This document shows positions 8,931 through 19,455 of a DNA stretch of 64,000 nt, in pieces (the stretch's first letter is position 1; each line of letters opens with the position of its first letter). The DNA comes from an uncultured Pseudomonadota bacterium (GTDB lineage Bacteria > Pseudomonadota > Alphaproteobacteria > Micropepsales > Micropepsaceae). Both the position numbers and the translations under genes were made by a program. Location of the stretch: the NCBI GenBank assembly GCA_942492805.1, contig OW818643.1:1072715-1136714 (forward strand), read 5' to 3'. Below the pieces are notes generated by a model. It was not told where the DNA came from, searched no databases, and was given only the letters and a program-made list of their open reading frames with translations.

Positions 8931-10514
8931 ATGTTGCGCCTTACCGACATAAAGTTGCCGCTGGATCACGCGCCTGCCGCGTTGAAAGCCGCGATTCTGA
9001 AAAAACTGAAGCTGCCGGCAGACAGCTTGCTGGATTTTGCGGTGTTCAAGCGCGCCCATGACGCCCGCAACAAGCAGGCCATCGCCTATATCTATACCGT
9101 CGATGTCACGCTGAAGGACGAAGCGCGCGCCCCGCGCGATATCCGCCCCACCCCCGACATGGAATACAAGCCTGTCGCCACAGCGCCCGCGAGTTTTCAG
9201 CGCCCGTTGGTGATCGGCGCGGGGCCGTGCGGCCTGTTCGCCACCCTGATCCTGGCGCAATCGGGCTTCCGCCCCATCCTGCTGGAACGCGGCAAGGCGG
9301 TGCGCGAACGCACCAAGGACACCTGGGGACTGTGGCGGCGCTCGGTGCTGAACCCCGAATCCAATGTCCAGTTCGGCGAAGGCGGCGCCGGCACCTTTTC
9401 CGACGGCAAGCTCTACAGCCAGATCAAGGACCCGCGCTATCTGGGCCGCAAGGTGCTGCACGAATTCGTCAAGGCGGGCGCCCCGGAAGAAATCCTTACC
9501 GAAGCCCATCCCCATATCGGCACCTTCCGCCTGGTCACCATGGTGGAAGCCATGCGCGAAGCCATCGAGGCCCTGGGCGGGGAATACCGCTTCCAGAGCA
9601 AGGTGACGGACCTGCTTCTGACCGAAACCCACGGCGTGCGCGGCGTGCGGCTGGAATCGGGCGAGGAGATATTGTCCGATAATGTCGTGCTGGCGCTGGG
9701 CCACAGCGCCCGCGACACCTTCGAGATGCTGCATGAACGCGGCGTCGCCATCGAGGCCAAGCCCTTCAGCATCGGCTTTCGCATCGAGCATCCCCAGGGA
9801 ATGGTCGACAAGGCCCGCTTCGGCCGCACGATCCCGCAACTGGGCGCCGCCGACTACAAGCTGGTGCATCACGCCAAGAACGGCCGCGACGTCTACAGTT
9901 TCTGCATGTGCCCCGGCGGCACCGTGGTGGCGGCTGCAAGCGAACCGGGCCGCGTCGTCACCAACGGCATGAGCCAGTATTCGCGCAACGAGCGCAACGC
10001 CAATGCCGGCATCGTGGTCGGCATCACGCCCGAAGTGGATTATCCCGGCCATCCCCTGGCCGGCATCGCCCTGCAGCGCAGACTTGAGGAACAGGCCTTT
10101 GCGGCGGGCGGCGGCACCTATGCCGCGCCGGCGCAGCTGGTGGGCGATTTCGTTGCCGGCAGGGCATCAACCGCGCTGGGCGAAGTGGTCCCGTCCTACC
10201 GGCCGGGCGTGACACCCACCGACCTGTCCACCTGCCTGCCGGACTATGCCATCGAGGCGATCCGCGAGGCTCTGCCCGCCTTCGGCCGCCAGATCAAAGG
10301 CTTTGACCGCGCCGATGCCGTGCTGACAGGCGTGGAAACCCGCACCTCTTCCCCCATCCGCATCCGGCGCGGTGAGGATTTCCAGAGCCCGGGCACGCCC
10401 GGCCTCTATCCGGCGGGCGAAGGCGCGGGCTTTGCGGGGGGAATCCTGTCGGCAGCGGTGGATGGCATCAAGGTCGCCGAAGCGGTGGCCAAATCCATCG
10501 CCGGCCCGAATTAG
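8931..10514 (+). CDS. NAD(P)/FAD-dependent oxidoreductase of the COG2509 type (uncharacterised FAD-dependent dehydrogenase)
   Basis: AGGAG lies 6 nt upstream of the ATG. N-terminal [32 protein letters not shown] is typical of this family. Also Rossmann [11 protein letters not shown] and a C-terminal [15 protein letters not shown] motif. Confidence 0.8.
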   Translation: MLRLTDIKLPLDHAPAALKAAILKKLKLPADSLLDFAVFKRAHDARNKQAIAYIYTVDVTLKDEARAPRDIRPTPDMEYKPVATAPASFQRPLVIGAGPCGLFATLILAQSGFRPILLERGKAVRERTKDTWGLWRRSVLNPESNVQFGEGGAGTFSDGKLYSQIKDPRYLGRKVLHEFVKAGAPEEILTEAHPHIGTFRLVTMVEAMREAIEALGGEYRFQSKVTDLLLTETHGVRGVRLESGEEILSDNVVLALGHSARDTFEMLHERGVAIEAKPFSIGFRIEHPQGMVDKARFGRTIPQLGAADYKLVHHAKNGRDVYSFCMCPGGTVVAAASEPGRVVTNGMSQYSRNERNANAGIVVGITPEVDYPGHPLAGIALQRRLEEQAFAAGGGTYAAPAQLVGDFVAGRASTALGEVVPSYRPGVTPTDLSTCLPDYAIEAIREALPAFGRQIKGFDRADAVLTGVETRTSSPIRIRRGEDFQSPGTPGLYPAGEGAGFAGGILSAAVDGIKVAEAVAKSIAGPN

Positions 10515-11230
10515 ACGGAAAGAAATTCCGAGACGAAGGCGGTCTTGGGATCGCGGCGCACATCCTGCGGCGTGCCATATTGCTCGATACGCCCCTCCCT
10601 CATCACCGCTACCAGGTCGGCAACCGCGAAGGCCTCTTCCTGGTCATGGGTGACGAACACGGTGGTGACGCCGGCATGGTCATGGATGCGGCGCAGGTCG
10701 GCGCGCAATTCCTTGCGCACCTTGGCGTCCAGCGCGCCGAAGGGCTCATCCAGCAGCAGCATGCGCGGATCAATTGCCAGGGCGCGCGCCAGCGCCACGC
10801 GCTGACGCTGGCCGCCGGAGAGCTGGCTGGGATAGCGGTCTTCCAGGCCCGGCAACTGCACCAGCGCCAGCAGCTCCGTCACCCGCTTCTGCATGTCGGC
10901 GCGGCTGGGGCGCCTGTCGCGGGGCCGCACCTTCAGGCCGAAAGCGATATTGTCGGCCACGGTCATGTGCCGGAACAGGGCATATTGCTGGAAGACAAAA
11001 CCGGCATTGCGGGTGCGCGCCGGCATGTCCAGCCAGTTCAAATCCGCGAAGCGCACGGCGCCGCTGTCGGCCACTTCCAGCCCGCCCAGGATGCGCAGCA
11101 AGGTGGTCTTGCCCGAACCCGATGGACCCAGCAGCGACACGAAGGCGCCCTGGGGCGCGGAAAAGCTGGCGCCGTTCAGCGCCGGGAACCGGCGGAACTG
11201 CTTGGTGACGGAATCGACGACCAGGGACAT
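10511..11230 (-). CDS. cysA: Sulfate/thiosulfate ABC transporter ATP-binding protein; short form lacking the C-terminal regulatory domain
   Basis: Walker [10 protein letters not shown], signature [15 protein letters not shown], Walker B LLLDEP. Last gene of the sbp-cysT-cysW-cysA operon. Only 239 aa. Confidence 0.8.
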   Translation of the reverse strand: MSLVVDSVTKQFRRFPALNGASFSAPQGAFVSLLGPSGSGKTTLLRILGGLEVADSGAVRFADLNWLDMPARTRNAGFVFQQYALFRHMTVADNIAFGLKVRPRDRRPSRADMQKRVTELLALVQLPGLEDRYPSQLSGGQRQRVALARALAIDPRMLLLDEPFGALDAKVRKELRADLRRIHDHAGVTTVFVTHDQEEAFAVADLVAVMREGRIEQYGTPQDVRRDPKTAFVSEFLSV

Positions 11231-11239
11231 GACGAACCT

Positions 11240-12094
11240 CTAATGACGATGCGACGCGGCGAGCTCGTCCGCGTAGCGCCATTCCAGAAACGATTTCAGA
11301 GCCAAAGTGAGCAAGGCCAGCATCGCCAAAAGCGCGGCGACGGCAAAGGCGCCGGCATAGTCGTAATTGTCGTACAAAAGCTGGACATGCAGCGGCATCG
11401 TGTTGGTCTGGCCGCGGATATGCCCCGACAGCACCGACACCGCGCCGAATTCGCCCAGCGCCCGCGCGTTACACAGCAGGATGCCGTAGAGCAGGCCCCA
11501 TTTGATGTTGGGCAACGTGACCAGCATGAAAGTGCGAAAACCCGACGCGCCCAAAGTGGCGGCAGCCTCCTCCTCGTCGCGGCCCTGGTCGACCATCAGC
11601 GGGATCAGTTCGCGTGCCACGAAGGGAAAGGTCACGAAGATGGTGGCCAGCACGATGCCCGGCAGGGCGAACAGGATGCGGATGTCATGGTCGGCCAGCG
11701 TCGGCCCCAACCAGCCATGCATGCCGAACACCAGCACATAGACCAGGCCCGCCACCACCGGCGACACCGAGAAAGGCAGGTCGATCAGGGTGACCAGGAA
11801 GGTCTTGCCCCAAAAATCGAACTTGGCGATGGACCAGGCGGCGGCGATGCCGAACACCGTGTTCAGCGGCACCGCGATGGCGGCCGCCACCAGCGACAGC
11901 TTCATGGCCGCCAGCGTATCGGGCTCGACCATGGCGGTGAAAAAGGCGCGCACGCCGCTGGCCAGCGCTTCCTTGAACACCAGCACCAGCGGCATCAGCA
12001 GGATGACGGCGATGAAGCCGATCGCCACCGTGCCCAGCAAGAGCTTGAGCCACAGCGGATCTTCGGTGGGCTTGGTCAGGCGGCGCTTTCTCAT
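11240..12094 (-). CDS. cysW: Sulfate ABC transporter permease CysW
   Basis: Multi-TM permease with an EAA-type loop ([15 protein letters not shown]). Position and 4-nt overlap with the upstream permease gene support the call. Confidence 0.8.
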   Translation of the reverse strand: MRKRRLTKPTEDPLWLKLLLGTVAIGFIAVILLMPLVLVFKEALASGVRAFFTAMVEPDTLAAMKLSLVAAAIAVPLNTVFGIAAAWSIAKFDFWGKTFLVTLIDLPFSVSPVVAGLVYVLVFGMHGWLGPTLADHDIRILFALPGIVLATIFVTFPFVARELIPLMVDQGRDEEEAAATLGASGFRTFMLVTLPNIKWGLLYGILLCNARALGEFGAVSVLSGHIRGQTNTMPLHVQLLYDNYDYAGAFAVAALLAMLALLTLALKSFLEWRYADELAASHRH

Positions 12095-12936
12095 CGGCGT
12101 TTCGCCGCCCAGCTCTGCAGGCCGTTGAGCGCCAAAAGCATGATGAAGCTGGCGGCCAGCATCACCACCCCGATGGCCGCCGCCCCGGCGTAATCGAACT
12201 CTTCCAGCTTGATGACGATCAGGAGCGGCGCGATCTCGCTGACGGCGGGGATGTTGCCGGCCAGGAAGATGATCGAACCGTATTCGCCCACGGCGCGGGC
12301 AAAGGCCATGGCGGCGCCGGTCAGGATGGCGGGTAGCATCATCGGCATCACCACCCGCGCGATGGTCTGGAGCCGTGTGGCGCCCAGCGTGGCGGCGGCT
12401 TCCTCAAGATCGTGGCCCACTTCGGCCAGCACCGGCTGCACCGTGCGCACCGTGAAGGGCAGGCTGATAAAGACCATCGCCACCAGCACGCCCCAGGGCG
12501 TGTAGGCGATCTTGATGCCATGCTCGATCAGCAGCGCGCCGATCCACCCCGTGGGCGCATACAGGGCCGACAGCGCGATGCCCGCCACCGCCGTGGGCAG
12601 CGCGAACGGCAAGTCGATCACCGCGTCCAGCAGGGCCTTGCCGGGAAAGCGATAGCGCACCAGCACCCAGGCGATTACGAAGCCGAAAATGGAATCGATA
12701 ATGGCGGCAGCCAGCGCCATGCCGAAGGACAGGCGCAGCGAGGCCAGCACGCGCGGCGTGGAGATGGCGTTCCACATGCCGTCCAGCCCCAGCTCGAACG
12801 GGCGGATCACCAGCGCCAGGAGCGGGATCAGCACCAGCGAAGTCAGATAGAAAATGGTGAAACCCAGCGACAGGCGGAATCCCGGCAACACATGCCGGGA
12901 TTTCGGCGGCGCGAATTTCAGGCCAATGGCGCTCAC
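12091..12936 (-). CDS. cysT: Sulfate ABC transporter permease CysT (CysU)
   Basis: Multi-TM permease with EAA loop [15 protein letters not shown]. Lies immediately downstream of the sulfate-binding protein gene. Confidence 0.8.
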   Translation of the reverse strand: MSAIGLKFAPPKSRHVLPGFRLSLGFTIFYLTSLVLIPLLALVIRPFELGLDGMWNAISTPRVLASLRLSFGMALAAAIIDSIFGFVIAWVLVRYRFPGKALLDAVIDLPFALPTAVAGIALSALYAPTGWIGALLIEHGIKIAYTPWGVLVAMVFISLPFTVRTVQPVLAEVGHDLEEAAATLGATRLQTIARVVMPMMLPAILTGAAMAFARAVGEYGSIIFLAGNIPAVSEIAPLLIVIKLEEFDYAGAAAIGVVMLAASFIMLLALNGLQSWAAKRR

Positions 12937-12942
12937 CCTATC

Positions 12943-13932
12943 TCACCGTCCCGGCTGATAGATCTGGTCGAAGACGCCGCCATTGGCGAAGTGGGCGGCC
13001 TGCGCCTTGTCCCAACCGCCGAATTCCCTGTCGATGGTGGCGAGCGCGATATCGGGGAATTTCTTGCGATACCGTGCCAGAGTCGCGGCGTCGCGCGGAC
13101 GGTAGAAGTTCTTGGCCACGATCTCCTGCGCCGGCGGCGTGTAGAGGAAGCGCAGATAGGCTTCGGCCATGCCGCGGGTCTTCTTGCGGTCGACATTGCG
13201 GTCGACGATCGCCACCGGCGGCTCGGCCAGGATGGAGCGCGAGGGATAGACGATCTGGTAGGCGCCGCCGGTTTCCTTCAGCACCAGATGCGCTTCATTC
13301 TCCCAGGACAGCAGCACATCGCCGATGCCGCGCTTGGTAAAGGTGACCGTCGAGCCGCGTGCGCCCGAATCCAGCACCGGCACATGCTTGTAGAGGTTGC
13401 CGACATAGGCCTTGGCGTTGCCGCCCGGCTGCCTGGCGGCCCAGTCCCAGGCCGCCAGATACGCCCAGCGCGCCCCGCCCGAAGTCTTGGGATTGGGCGT
13501 GATCACCTGCACGCCCGGCTTGATCAGGTCGCCCCAGTCCTTGATGCCCTTGGGATTTCCCTTCTTGACCAGGAACACGATGGTCGAGGTGTAGGGCGAG
13601 GAGTTCTGCGGCAACCGCTTCTGCCAGTCGGCCGGCAGCAGCTTGCCGTTGCGCGAGATCGCATCGATGTCCGCAGCCAGCGCCAGGGTCACCACATCGG
13701 CCTGCAACCCGTCGATCACCGACCGGGCCTGCGAACCCGAGCCGCCATGGCTGTTGGAGATGGTGACGGTGTCGCCTTTGGCCTTTTGCTGCGCGGAGAA
13801 GGCGCGGTTGATCTGCTGATACAGTTCACGCGTCGGATCATAGCTGACATTGAGCAGCGAAAAGTTGGCCGCCTCGACGCCGCTCACCGCAAGGGTGCCG
13901 GCCACAGCCAGAAGAGAAAGAATGCGCTTCAT
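12943..13932 (-). CDS. sbp: Sulfate ABC transporter periplasmic substrate-binding protein (Sbp/CysP family)
   Basis: Signal peptide, then [50 protein letters not shown], characteristic of Sbp/CysP. Confidence 0.85.
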   Translation of the reverse strand: MKRILSLLAVAGTLAVSGVEAANFSLLNVSYDPTRELYQQINRAFSAQQKAKGDTVTISNSHGGSGSQARSVIDGLQADVVTLALAADIDAISRNGKLLPADWQKRLPQNSSPYTSTIVFLVKKGNPKGIKDWGDLIKPGVQVITPNPKTSGGARWAYLAAWDWAARQPGGNAKAYVGNLYKHVPVLDSGARGSTVTFTKRGIGDVLLSWENEAHLVLKETGGAYQIVYPSRSILAEPPVAIVDRNVDRKKTRGMAEAYLRFLYTPPAQEIVAKNFYRPRDAATLARYRKKFPDIALATIDREFGGWDKAQAAHFANGGVFDQIYQPGR

Positions 13933-13943
13933 GACCTGGTCCT

Positions 13944-15410
13944 CTACAGCGAAATCTGGCTGCGCAGCCCGATGGCGTTGGACGAGATGTCGGTGGCCGG
14001 CGCGTTGACATGGCCCACCTGGATATTTTCGTAATCCAGCGCAAAGCGGATTCCATTGGCGGGATACCAGTTCAGGCCGACGCTCCAGATATTCTGGACG
14101 CCGCCCGGCACGCCGCCCGAGGCGGGTGCCAGCGATGGCAGGTAATCCAGATTGATATTGCTGTAGCGGGCCTTGATCTCCCAGGCGCCGAAGCCGCCAT
14201 CGGTTCCCAGGGGCTTGGCCGGGCGCAAGCCGCGGAAACTGGCGCTGGACGGATCATAGGGATGGGGTTCGCCGGTCAGCGACCAGGTCGCCACCGCGTA
14301 CCAGCCTTTGAAATCGGGATCGGGAAGAATGGTGCGGCGGTCGATATTGAAGCGGAAATAGCCGGCCTGGCCATAGATCGGTCCATAAGTGGCCGCCGTC
14401 TCCACGCCCCATTGCGTCACCTTGCGCGCGTCGATCGTGCCGGTATCGACGGTTCGAATGGCGTCGATCGCCAGTTCCGGTCCGTTGCTGAGGCGAAACA
14501 CTCCGGCGTTGGTGTTGGGCGTCGGGTCCGCCACCTTCAGCACATGGGTGGCGTTGGCATCCAGCAGCCACTTCACATCGTCGTTGCTGACTGCCAGCCA
14601 TGAGGCGCGGGTGACGATGGCCTGTTGCGCATCGAAGGTCGCGGCGTCAGTGGCCTTCTTGCCGGTATAGGCCACCGAAACCAGATAGCGGTCGCCTTGC
14701 GCGAAAATGCTGGCACCTTCACGGCTGGGGGCGCCGCCGATATTGCGGGCGATGTCGGAGACCGAGGCGCGCTCCAGGAACAGCAGATCGCCCGAACCGG
14801 TGGAGTCGTCGATGCCGGCGAAGGGCGAAAAGGCGCCGATGCGAAACCCGAACGGCTTCAGTCCGTCATACTGCAGATAGGCGGTGTAGATGTAACCGCT
14901 TTTCTCTATGCCGTTGCCGCCAAAGTCATAGGTGAAGTTGTAGGACCAGTCGCGCCAGGCGGTGCCGGTGAACCCGAACTGGGCGCGGCGGAAGTTCGAA
15001 CCGCTGTTGAGATCGACGCCCGGCGGATTGCGGCCCTGCGCGAAATATCCATAGTCGAACTGCACCAGGCTGCGCAGCGCGAAGGTGAAGGCGCCATTGG
15101 CGCTGGCAAAGGTCAGGCGGCCATTGTCCAGCCCGGTCCGCACCTGGCCATCCAGCCGCTTGCTGATTTCGGCCTGGCGGCTTTCGCTGCTGCGCTTCAG
15201 ATCGGCCAGCGCGGCGCTGTTGTCGTTGGCATTCTGATTCCTGTCTTGGCGGGCCTTGATGTCGGCCAGTTGCTGCTGAACGCTGCGCAGCTGCTGTTCC
15301 AGCAGATCGATGCGGGGATCAGAAGCCGGCCGGGCCACGCGCGACTGCGCCGCGGCGGACGCACTCAGCGCGACCGTGCCAAGAAGCACCAAGACCAGAC
15401 CCTTCGCCAT
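13944..15410 (-). CDS. Anion-selective outer-membrane porin, OprO/OprP (Porin_O_P) family
   Basis: Signal peptide, N-terminal coiled-coil segment ([20 protein letters not shown]), beta-barrel-like alternating pattern, C-terminal ..GLRSQISL. First structural gene of the sulfate operon. Confidence 0.7.
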   Translation of the reverse strand: MAKGLVLVLLGTVALSASAAAQSRVARPASDPRIDLLEQQLRSVQQQLADIKARQDRNQNANDNSAALADLKRSSESRQAEISKRLDGQVRTGLDNGRLTFASANGAFTFALRSLVQFDYGYFAQGRNPPGVDLNSGSNFRRAQFGFTGTAWRDWSYNFTYDFGGNGIEKSGYIYTAYLQYDGLKPFGFRIGAFSPFAGIDDSTGSGDLLFLERASVSDIARNIGGAPSREGASIFAQGDRYLVSVAYTGKKATDAATFDAQQAIVTRASWLAVSNDDVKWLLDANATHVLKVADPTPNTNAGVFRLSNGPELAIDAIRTVDTGTIDARKVTQWGVETAATYGPIYGQAGYFRFNIDRRTILPDPDFKGWYAVATWSLTGEPHPYDPSSASFRGLRPAKPLGTDGGFGAWEIKARYSNINLDYLPSLAPASGGVPGGVQNIWSVGLNWYPANGIRFALDYENIQVGHVNAPATDISSNAIGLRSQISL

Positions 15411-15447
15411 GATAAACCCCGCCGCTCGCCTGCCCCATCCGGGCGTG

Positions 15448-15510
15448 CATAATGAATTCCATAATGTCTATCTAGTCAATAGAGATTCAGAAGTATTTGA
15501 AATGTCGGCA
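15448..15510 (-). promoter_or_regulatory. AT-rich putative promoter/operator between the Rrf2 gene and the porin-sulfate operon
   Basis: A sharp GC drop in 65 %-GC DNA. The direct repeat CATAATG-aattc-CATAATG sits at 15448-15466. The minus strand contains TTGACT. Function is inferred from position only. Confidence 0.35.
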
Positions 15511-15529
15511 GAAAAGGCAGAATAGGCGC

Positions 15530-15964
15530 TTACAAAGCGCCCGAGCGGCGCAATTGTTGCGCAGCCGCGGCAAGATTTCTGGATTCCAGGATCTCCGCGG
15601 TGGCATCCCGGGCCGCCAGCAGGGCTTTGCGGATGGCGCAGACCGATTCCTCGAAACAGTCGTCACATTTGCGGTAGGCCATGACGCTGACACAGGGGCT
15701 GAGCGCCAGGGGGCCGTCGGTGACGCGCAAAACATCGGCAAAGCTGATGTCCTTGGCCGGCCGCCCCAGGGAATAGCCGCCCTGCCGCCCCCGTTGGCTG
15801 CGCACGATTCCGGTCTTTTTCAGCTCCAGCAGGATGGCTTCGAGGAACTTGCGGGGGATTCGCTCTTTTTCGGCGATTTCGGCGATCTGGACCGGGGTAT
15901 CGTCTCCCCGCGCCGCCAGCAGCAGCAGGGCACGCAGGGCGTAACGGGCCTTTTGGGAGATCAT
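15530..15964 (-). CDS. Rrf2-family transcriptional regulator (IscR/CymR-like)
   Basis: MISQKARYALRALLLLA..IAEIAEKERIPRKFLEAILLELKKTGIVRSQRGRQGGYSL is the Rrf2 wHTH. Cys residues (C..C..C) lie in the C-terminal half. ATG 15964 is preferred over the longer ORF start. Confidence 0.85.
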   Translation of the reverse strand: MISQKARYALRALLLLAARGDDTPVQIAEIAEKERIPRKFLEAILLELKKTGIVRSQRGRQGGYSLGRPAKDISFADVLRVTDGPLALSPCVSVMAYRKCDDCFEESVCAIRKALLAARDATAEILESRNLAAAAQQLRRSGAL

Positions 15965-16008
15965 GGCCCCATAATACCCCATAAACTCTATGGAATATAG
16001 CCATCTCA

Positions 16009-16103
16009 GGTCACCCTTCCCCGCCAGCGTAGCGACCGGCGGGGGAGGTGATTTCAGCGTTCGAGGCGAAGCCGAGAGAAAGCTGAAATCGGAGGGGGGA
16101 GGA
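16009..16103. repeat. REP-like multi-hairpin intergenic repeat, copy A (diverged, lacks the first hairpin)
   Basis: TCACCCTTCCCCGCC..GGCGGGGGAGGTGATTTCAGCG..GCTGAAATCGGAGGGGGG aligns with copies at 21206-21318 and 45886-45999. Confidence 0.75.
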
Positions 16104-16257
16104 GAAAGCCGCGACAGCTTGCGACAAGCCCGTGCATGCGACCCGCGTAAATCCCGCTATAGTCGGCAAAAAGCCGGCAGGGACCACCTATCGGCGCCCC
16201 GGGATTGGTAACTGAAGACCGCGTAATGATGGAATTGCGTTTGAGAACGGCAGGCCG

Positions 16258-19200
16258 ATGACCTGGATCGTCAAGGTCGCGCTGGACCGCCCTTATACAT
16301 TCATCGTGCTCGCCCTGATGATCCTGATCTTCGGGCCGCTGGCGGCGCTGCGCACCCCCACCGACATTTTCCCCAATATCGGCATTCCGGTGATCGGCGT
16401 CGCCTTCACCTATACCGGCCTGTCGCCCGACGAAGTCGGCTCGCGCATGCTGGCGCCCTATCAACGTTTTCTCACCACCACGGTGAATGACGTCGAGCAT
16501 TTGGAGGCCCTGGCCATGCCGGGGCTTGGCATCGTCAAGATCTTCTTCCAGCCCAATGTCGATATCCGCCTGGCCACGGCCCAGGTCACGTCCGTTTCGC
16601 AAAGCACCATCCGCCAGATGCCGCCGGGGACGATGCCGCCGCTGATCCTCAATTACAGCGCGTCCACCGTGCCCATTCTGCAATTGGCCTTCTCGTCCAA
16701 CTCCCTGTCGGAACAGCAGGTGCTGGACTATTCGCAGAATTTCGCGCGGCCGCGTCTCACCACGGTGAACGGCGCCGCCATACCCTTTTCCTACGGCGGC
16801 AAATTCCGGGCGGTGCTGATCGACCTGGACCCCACCGCCATGCAGGCGCGCGGTCTTTCATCCGTGGACGTGCAGAACGCTTTCGTCGCGCAGAACCAGA
16901 TCAATCCCGCCGGCAACATCAAGATCGGCAATTATCAATATATCGTGCGCCTCAACAACGCCTCCGACACGATCGAAGGCATGAACGAATTGCCGGTCAA
17001 GACGGTGCCGGGCGGCGGCACCGTCTTCCTGCACGATGTCGGCAACGTTCGCGACGGCAACACGGTCCAGAACAACATCGTGCATGTCGATGGCGCCCGC
17101 GCGGTGCTGTCCACCATTCTGAAGAACGGCCAGGCCTCCACCATCGATGTGGTGCAGGGCATCAAGGACCTGCTGCCGATCCTGAAGGAGCAGCTTCCCC
17201 CCGAGCTCAAGATCGACATCATGAGCGACCAGTCCGTGTTCGTGAAGGCGGCGGTGAAGGGCGTATTCTATGAAGGCGCCCTCGCCGCGGCCCTCACCAG
17301 CCTGATGATCCTGCTGTTCCTGGGAAGCTGGCGCTCCACCGTGATCATCGCCACCTCCATTCCGCTGGCGGTGCTGGTGGCGCTGATCGGACTGTGGGCC
17401 ACCGGCCAGACGCTGAACATCATGACGCTGGGCGGCCTGGCGCTGGCGGTCGGTATCCTGGTCGACGACGCCACCGTCACCATCGAGAACATCAACTGGC
17501 ACCTGGAACAGGGCAAAGGCGTCTATGAGTCCATCATGGACGGCGCGCGCCAGATCACCCAGCCCGCCTTCGTCTCCCTTCTGTGTATTTGCGTGGCCTT
17601 TGTGCCGATGTTCGCGCTGACCGGCATCGCCGGCTACCTGTTCGTGCCCATGGCGCTGGCGGTGGTGTTCGCCATGATCGCCTCCTTCATCCTGTCGCGC
17701 ACCCTGGTGCCGACCCTGTCGCTCTACCTGCTCAAGCCGCACGGCCACATGGCCGAGGGCGATCATGTGCTGGCGCGGGTGCAGCGCAGCTTCGAGCGCG
17801 GCTTCGATCGCACCAAGGAGCAGTATCGCAACCTGCTGGCGCTGGCGATGACGCGCCGCCGTCCCTTTGTCATCGCCTTCATGACGGTGGTGCTGGCCTC
17901 CATGCTGCTGTTCCCGTTCCTGGGAAGGGACTTCTTCCCCAGCGTCGACTCCGGCCAGATCACGCTGCACGCCCGCACCCCCGCCGGCACCAGGCTGGAA
18001 GACACCAACCAGATCGTGGCGCAGATCGAAAAGGAAGTCCGCCGCATCATCCCGCCGGCCGAGCTGGCGACCATCGTGGACAATGTCGGTCTCAACCAGA
18101 GCCCGGTGAACATGCTCTACAACAATTCCGGCACGGTGGGCCTGCAGGACGCCGACATCTTCATCAGCCTGAACAGGAACCATCGCCCGACCGCCAATTA
18201 CGTGCGCACCATGCGCGAGAGGCTGCCGCGGCTGTTCCCGCAGGTGACCTTCTCCTTCCCGCCGCCGGACATCACCAGCCAGATCCTGAATTTCGGCGCG
18301 CCCGCGCCGCTGGACGTGCAGATCAGCGGCAACAGGCTGGAAGAGACCGAAGCGTTCGGCTTCCGCATCCTGCGCGAGATCCGCAAGATTCCCGGCCTGG
18401 TGGATGCGCGCATGCAGCAGTCCAGCAACATGCCGCAGCTCAAGGTGGAAGCCGACCGCAGCCGCATGTCGCAGATTGGCCTGACCGAACGCGACGTGAC
18501 CAATGCGCTGGCCACCTCACTGGCCGGCACCTCGCAGACGGCGCCGAACTTCTGGCTCAACCCCAAGAACAACGTGTCGTACAACATGACGACGCAGACG
18601 CCGGAATATCAGCTCGACTCCCTCGCCGCCCTGCAGAATCTTCCCGTCACCGGCGGCGCCGGCACCGCGCCGCACGTGCTGGGCGGATTGGTCAAGATCA
18701 GCCGTGCCCAGGGCAATTCGGTTGTCAGCCATTATAACATCCAGCCGACCATCGATCTCTACGCCACCACCCAGGACCGCGACCTGGGCAGCGTGGCCAG
18801 GGATGTGCAGAAGGTGATCGACGCCAACAAGCAGCATCTGCCGCGCGGCGCCACCGTCACCCTGCGCGGCCAGATCCAGACCATGAACACGGCCTTTACC
18901 GGCCTGTCCTACGGCCTGCTCGCGGCGGTGGTGCTGATCTATCTGCTGATCGTGGTGAACTTCCAGTCCTGGACCGACCCCTTTGTCATCATCACCGCCC
19001 TGCCCGCGGCCCTCGCCGGCATCGTCTGGATGCTGTTCGCCACCGGCACCACTTTGTCGGTGCCGGCGCTGACCGGCGCCATCATGTGCATGGGCGTCGC
19101 CACCGCCAACTCCATCCTGGTAATCAGCTTCGCGCGCGAACGGCTCGCCGAGCATGGCGATGCGGTGCGCGCGGCGGTGGAAGCCGGCTTCACCCGTTTC

Positions 19201-19455
19201 CGCCCCGTCTGTATGACCGCGCTGGCCATGATCATCGGCATGACGCCCATGGCGCTGGGCCTGGGCGAAGGCGGCGAGCAGAATGCGCCGCTGGGCCGCG
19301 CCGTGATCGGCGGACTGATTTTCGCCACCATCGCCACATTGATGCTCGTGCCGGTGGTGTTCAGCATCCTGCATGACCGCCATGCGGCCAAAAGGGCGGC
19401 TTCGCCGCCGCCAGCGCCGAAGACCGGAAAAGGGGCCGGTGAAGCCTATGCCTGA
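16258..19455 (+). CDS. Efflux RND transporter permease subunit (AcrB/HAE superfamily)
   Basis: 1065 aa with a 12-TM / two-large-periplasmic-loop architecture. Typical N-terminus (ALDRPYTFIVLALMILIFG) and conserved TM4-region motif GGLALAVGILVDDATV. Confidence 0.85.
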   Translation: MTWIVKVALDRPYTFIVLALMILIFGPLAALRTPTDIFPNIGIPVIGVAFTYTGLSPDEVGSRMLAPYQRFLTTTVNDVEHLEALAMPGLGIVKIFFQPNVDIRLATAQVTSVSQSTIRQMPPGTMPPLILNYSASTVPILQLAFSSNSLSEQQVLDYSQNFARPRLTTVNGAAIPFSYGGKFRAVLIDLDPTAMQARGLSSVDVQNAFVAQNQINPAGNIKIGNYQYIVRLNNASDTIEGMNELPVKTVPGGGTVFLHDVGNVRDGNTVQNNIVHVDGARAVLSTILKNGQASTIDVVQGIKDLLPILKEQLPPELKIDIMSDQSVFVKAAVKGVFYEGALAAALTSLMILLFLGSWRSTVIIATSIPLAVLVALIGLWATGQTLNIMTLGGLALAVGILVDDATVTIENINWHLEQGKGVYESIMDGARQITQPAFVSLLCICVAFVPMFALTGIAGYLFVPMALAVVFAMIASFILSRTLVPTLSLYLLKPHGHMAEGDHVLARVQRSFERGFDRTKEQYRNLLALAMTRRRPFVIAFMTVVLASMLLFPFLGRDFFPSVDSGQITLHARTPAGTRLEDTNQIVAQIEKEVRRIIPPAELATIVDNVGLNQSPVNMLYNNSGTVGLQDADIFISLNRNHRPTANYVRTMRERLPRLFPQVTFSFPPPDITSQILNFGAPAPLDVQISGNRLEETEAFGFRILREIRKIPGLVDARMQQSSNMPQLKVEADRSRMSQIGLTERDVTNALATSLAGTSQTAPNFWLNPKNNVSYNMTTQTPEYQLDSLAALQNLPVTGGAGTAPHVLGGLVKISRAQGNSVVSHYNIQPTIDLYATTQDRDLGSVARDVQKVIDANKQHLPRGATVTLRGQIQTMNTAFTGLSYGLLAAVVLIYLLIVVNFQSWTDPFVIITALPAALAGIVWMLFATGTTLSVPALTGAIMCMGVATANSILVISFARERLAEHGDAVRAAVEAGFTRFRPVCMTALAMIIGMTPMALGLGEGGEQNAPLGRAVIGGLIFATIATLMLVPVVFSILHDRHAAKRAASPPPAPKTGKGAGEAYA

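Noticed and set aside
15990-16211. 73-aa + ORF (MEYSHLRSPFPASVATGGGGDF..)
   Set aside because: It is entirely made of REP-like repeat copy A and spacer. Equivalent pseudo-ORFs appear at the other repeat copies in different frames.
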